Positions 60,220 to 64,000 of a stretch of 64,000 nucleotides of DNA are shown in pieces. The notes under the pieces are model-generated. The model saw nothing but the letters and a program-made list of their open reading frames with translations. It was not told where the DNA came from and did not search any database. Numbering within the stretch: the first letter of the stretch is position 1; the number at the start of each line of letters is the position of its first letter. The DNA is taken from the NCBI RefSeq assembly GCF_009914755.1, contig NC_060928.1; one strand, 5' to 3'. The position numbers and the translations under genes are program-made. The stretch comes from the human T2T-CHM13v2.0 reference genome, Homo sapiens.

Positions 60220-62372
60220 ATATTTTTATATAATAAGAAATATATATTTGGTTTTTATCCCTGATTCCTAACCTAGAGTTCCTTAAACCCCTTGTAATTT
60301 CCCTGGTGATAGGAGTGATAGGAGCATCTTTGGTTATAATATTTGGTCTTAGTCCCTGGTTTCTAAAACAAGAGCTTCAAAGAGCCTTGGACTCTCTGGA
60401 ATGATAAGAGTATATTTTGTATGCTAATAAGATGACTGTTAGCTGGTGACCTTTCGGTAGCTGATATGGTTTGGCTCTGTGTCCCCACCCAAATCTCATC
60501 TTGAATTGTCACCTCCAGATGTTGTGTTGAGGGAGGGCCTTCGTGGGAGGTGATTGGATCACGGGGTGGGTTCCCCCATGCTATTCTCATGATAGTGAGT
60601 GAGTTCTCACAAGATCTGATGGCTTAAAAGTGTTTGGCAGCTCCCCCTTCACTCTCTGTCTCTCTCCTGCCACCATGTAAGACATATCTTGCTTCCTCTT
60701 TGCCTTCTGCCATGATTGTAAGTTTCCTGAGGCCTCCCAGCCATACAGAACTGTGAGTCAATTAAACCTCTTTTTCTTATAAATTACCCAGTCTCAGGCA
60801 GAATCTTTATAGTAGTGTGAGAACGGACTAATACGTTAGCTTCATGATGGGAGCTGGTTGCCAGAAAGACAAAGGCATGATTACAGGGTTAGAACTTTCA
60901 AACCCTCCTTGGCCCATACATATCCCTCTGGGGAAAGGAGAAGAGCTGGATATTGAGCTGATCACCAATGGCCAATGATTTGATCAATCATGCCTATGAA
61001 ATGAAACCTCCATAAAAACCCTAAATCACAGAGTTCAGAGAGCTTCCTGGTTGGTGAACACATTAAGGTGCTGGGAGGGTGGTGCCCCCAGAGGGGACGG
61101 AAGCTCCATGTACCCCACCCCATACCTTGCCCTATGCATCCCTCCATCTGGCTGTTCATCTGTATTCTTTATAATATTGTTTATAATAAACTAGTAAATG
61201 TAAGTAAAGTGTTTTCTGAGCCATTCTAGCAAATTATTGAACCTGAGGAGAGCATTGTGGGAATCCCCCAATTTTATAGCCAGTCAGTCAGAAGTATGGA
61301 TGGCCTAGTCTTGTGATTGGCATTTGAAGTCAAGGCAGTCTTGTGGGATACCATTCTTAACCTGTGAGATCCGCACCTAGTCTGGGTAGTTCGGGTAGAC
61401 ATTGACTTGAATTGTTAGAAACCCAGTTGATGTCAGGATGAAATCACCTTTGCAAAGATTATAACAATGAGTGAAATCTGACATGGCTGATTCCTTCTTG
61501 CTTCTAGCCTCACAGGCTGGCTGTCTTCACTCATTCCTGGGTATAAACTAAGCTAACCATGGGATGTATTTATAGTTTAATTTTAAGGCAAGGATAATAA
61601 CAGTCCCTCCCTAAAACTGATCCTCTCCTTGTTCAGGGACTAAAACTGCTTTTGTAAAGTAATGAAAAGCCACAAGACGTAATGAAAAGCCACAAGGTTA
61701 AGATTATGGAAGGGGCTTGAATTCTGCTAAAATGTGGGCATGCCTTCTATAATCCTTACTACTCAGGAGTCATATTGTAGATCATAGTAGCAAACATACT
61801 TTCTTTTTATGTTTTATACCAGTATTAAGGCATTATACTGGTTTTTAGAATTTTAAGTAATTATATTCCCTATGAATTTTATATCAAAATTGTAATGGGG
61901 GTATTACAAAGTCACGAGATTTGTGAGTTTCCTCAATTGTTCCTATAAACATCAGATTGGTCTTTGGAGGTGTTTTTCAGACTGACCCTACCCAGACTCA
62001 TGACTCATGACTCAACTGGTCCTGTAGTCCCCCACCCAGAGGTGGACTCAGCACACAAGGACTGTTTTCCACAACCCTGCACTGCATCCTTAACCAATCA
62101 GCAGCACTCATTCCCTAGTTCCCTGCCCACCCTAACCTATGGGCCTCGGGGAGACGGATTGAATCATAACTCCAGTTCTCCCACATGATCTGCCTTGCGT
62201 TCATTAAATTCTTTCTTTACTGAAATCCCATGGTTTCGGTGAAGTGGTTTTGTTTGTGCAGCAGACAAGAAGAACCCATCAGGCAATTATGGGGAGAGTT
62301 GGAGAATTGATTGTTGGTGTGGAAGAAATACACCCATTTGGTGTCTGAGTGTTAGGAGTAGAAACAGGTCAC
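60220..62372 (+). mobile_element. MER21-family LTR with nested MSTA/THE1D-like LTR (60462-60835) and LTR8B-like LTR
   Basis: MER21 text resumes after each insert; MaLR TSD gtagc/ttagc. Confidence 0.7.
61439..62291 (+). mobile_element. LTR8B-like (ERV1) solo LTR
   Basis: TGAAATCACCTTTGCAAAGATTAT...CTGACATGGCTGA..CC.TCTTGCTTCTAGCCTCACAGGCTGGCTG. Confidence 0.75.
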
Positions 62373-63124
62373 AGGAGCAAATTTGCTTTCTTTTTGTTTA
62401 TGTTTTATGCTAGAATTAGGGCTCTATTTTTTTAAATTTTTATATAATACCTATGAATTTTATATCAAAATTGTAATGGGGGCATTACAAAGTGTTTGTT
62501 TTAAAAAGAAATGTTGGATTTGATAGGGTTGAGACTCTGCACCAGATGTTAAGCTGCTTAAAGGCAGGAATGTCTCTTATCCTTTTTTCTTTTTCCAACT
62601 CTAAATCATCTATGGTATGTAGAATGTGTTCACTATATAGCTGTTTATTAAGTGAATGCTTTACTTACATCTTCTTTTATTTTCATCATTGTAGAAATGC
62701 GGAAAAAGGAAAAATTTTAATAGCTCTATATCACAGTTAATGTTTTCACCGATTTCTGCACACATTTCAACTATTCACTATGCATTAATAAATACAATAA
62801 AAGGCACAAGGAAATGGATGGTCATAGAGGGTGCAGGAGAGCCAGAAGAATTCAGTGTCCAGTAGCAAGAGAAAGAGAGAATTTGAGGAAGGTTGGCAGC
62901 ATCATATTCTTCAATTTTTAAAATTTTTTATAGAGATATTTTTAGCCTGAGGATTTTTTATAGAGATTATTTTTATAGAGATTAATTTATAGCCTGAGGA
63001 TTGACTTGGTTTGTAATCACTTGACATTGATTCTGAATGTTCCTAACTGGAACCTTTTGTAATTTCACCCCTTCAAATTCCCTAAAGAAAAGAAAGATAA
63101 ACGATGATTAGAAGTCAGAACTAA

Positions 63125-63960
<836 letters not shown>

Positions 63961-64000
63961 CTGCTTAGAAACCAGCAATTGCACAAGAGATTCAAGCTTG

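Overview
Primate (very probably human 4q33) genomic DNA. The left 14 kb holds exons 1-4 and the CpG-island promoter of HPF1 (C4orf27, histone PARylation factor 1) on the minus strand; the gene continues beyond the left edge. HPF1 introns carry two short, sense-oriented retroposed mRNA 3' ends. The most striking structure is a PTGES3 (p23) processed pseudogene with an uninterrupted 160-codon ORF (47427-47909, minus) that appears to be split in two. Its poly(A) end lies about 20 kb away (26766-27106), and an exact 14-bp target-site duplication (ACAGCTGCTTCTTT at 26752-26765 and 48046-48059) brackets both halves. The intervening ~19.9-kb block (27107-47040) has a templated, mosaic left junction and contains repeats older than the retrocopy. 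It also contains an orphan CpG island, an Alu and a 5'-inverted L1PA inserted at the same target site, and a ~10.5-kb SATR1/SATR2-type satellite. The satellite's 63- and ~75-bp units are built from nested palindromes, and the array switches strand twice, forming a multi-kb inverted repeat. The remainder is ordinary Alu/L1/MIR/LTR/DNA-transposon-rich intergenic DNA. Repeat subfamily names come from recalled consensus sequences and need RepeatMasker confirmation; repeat boundaries are approximate.
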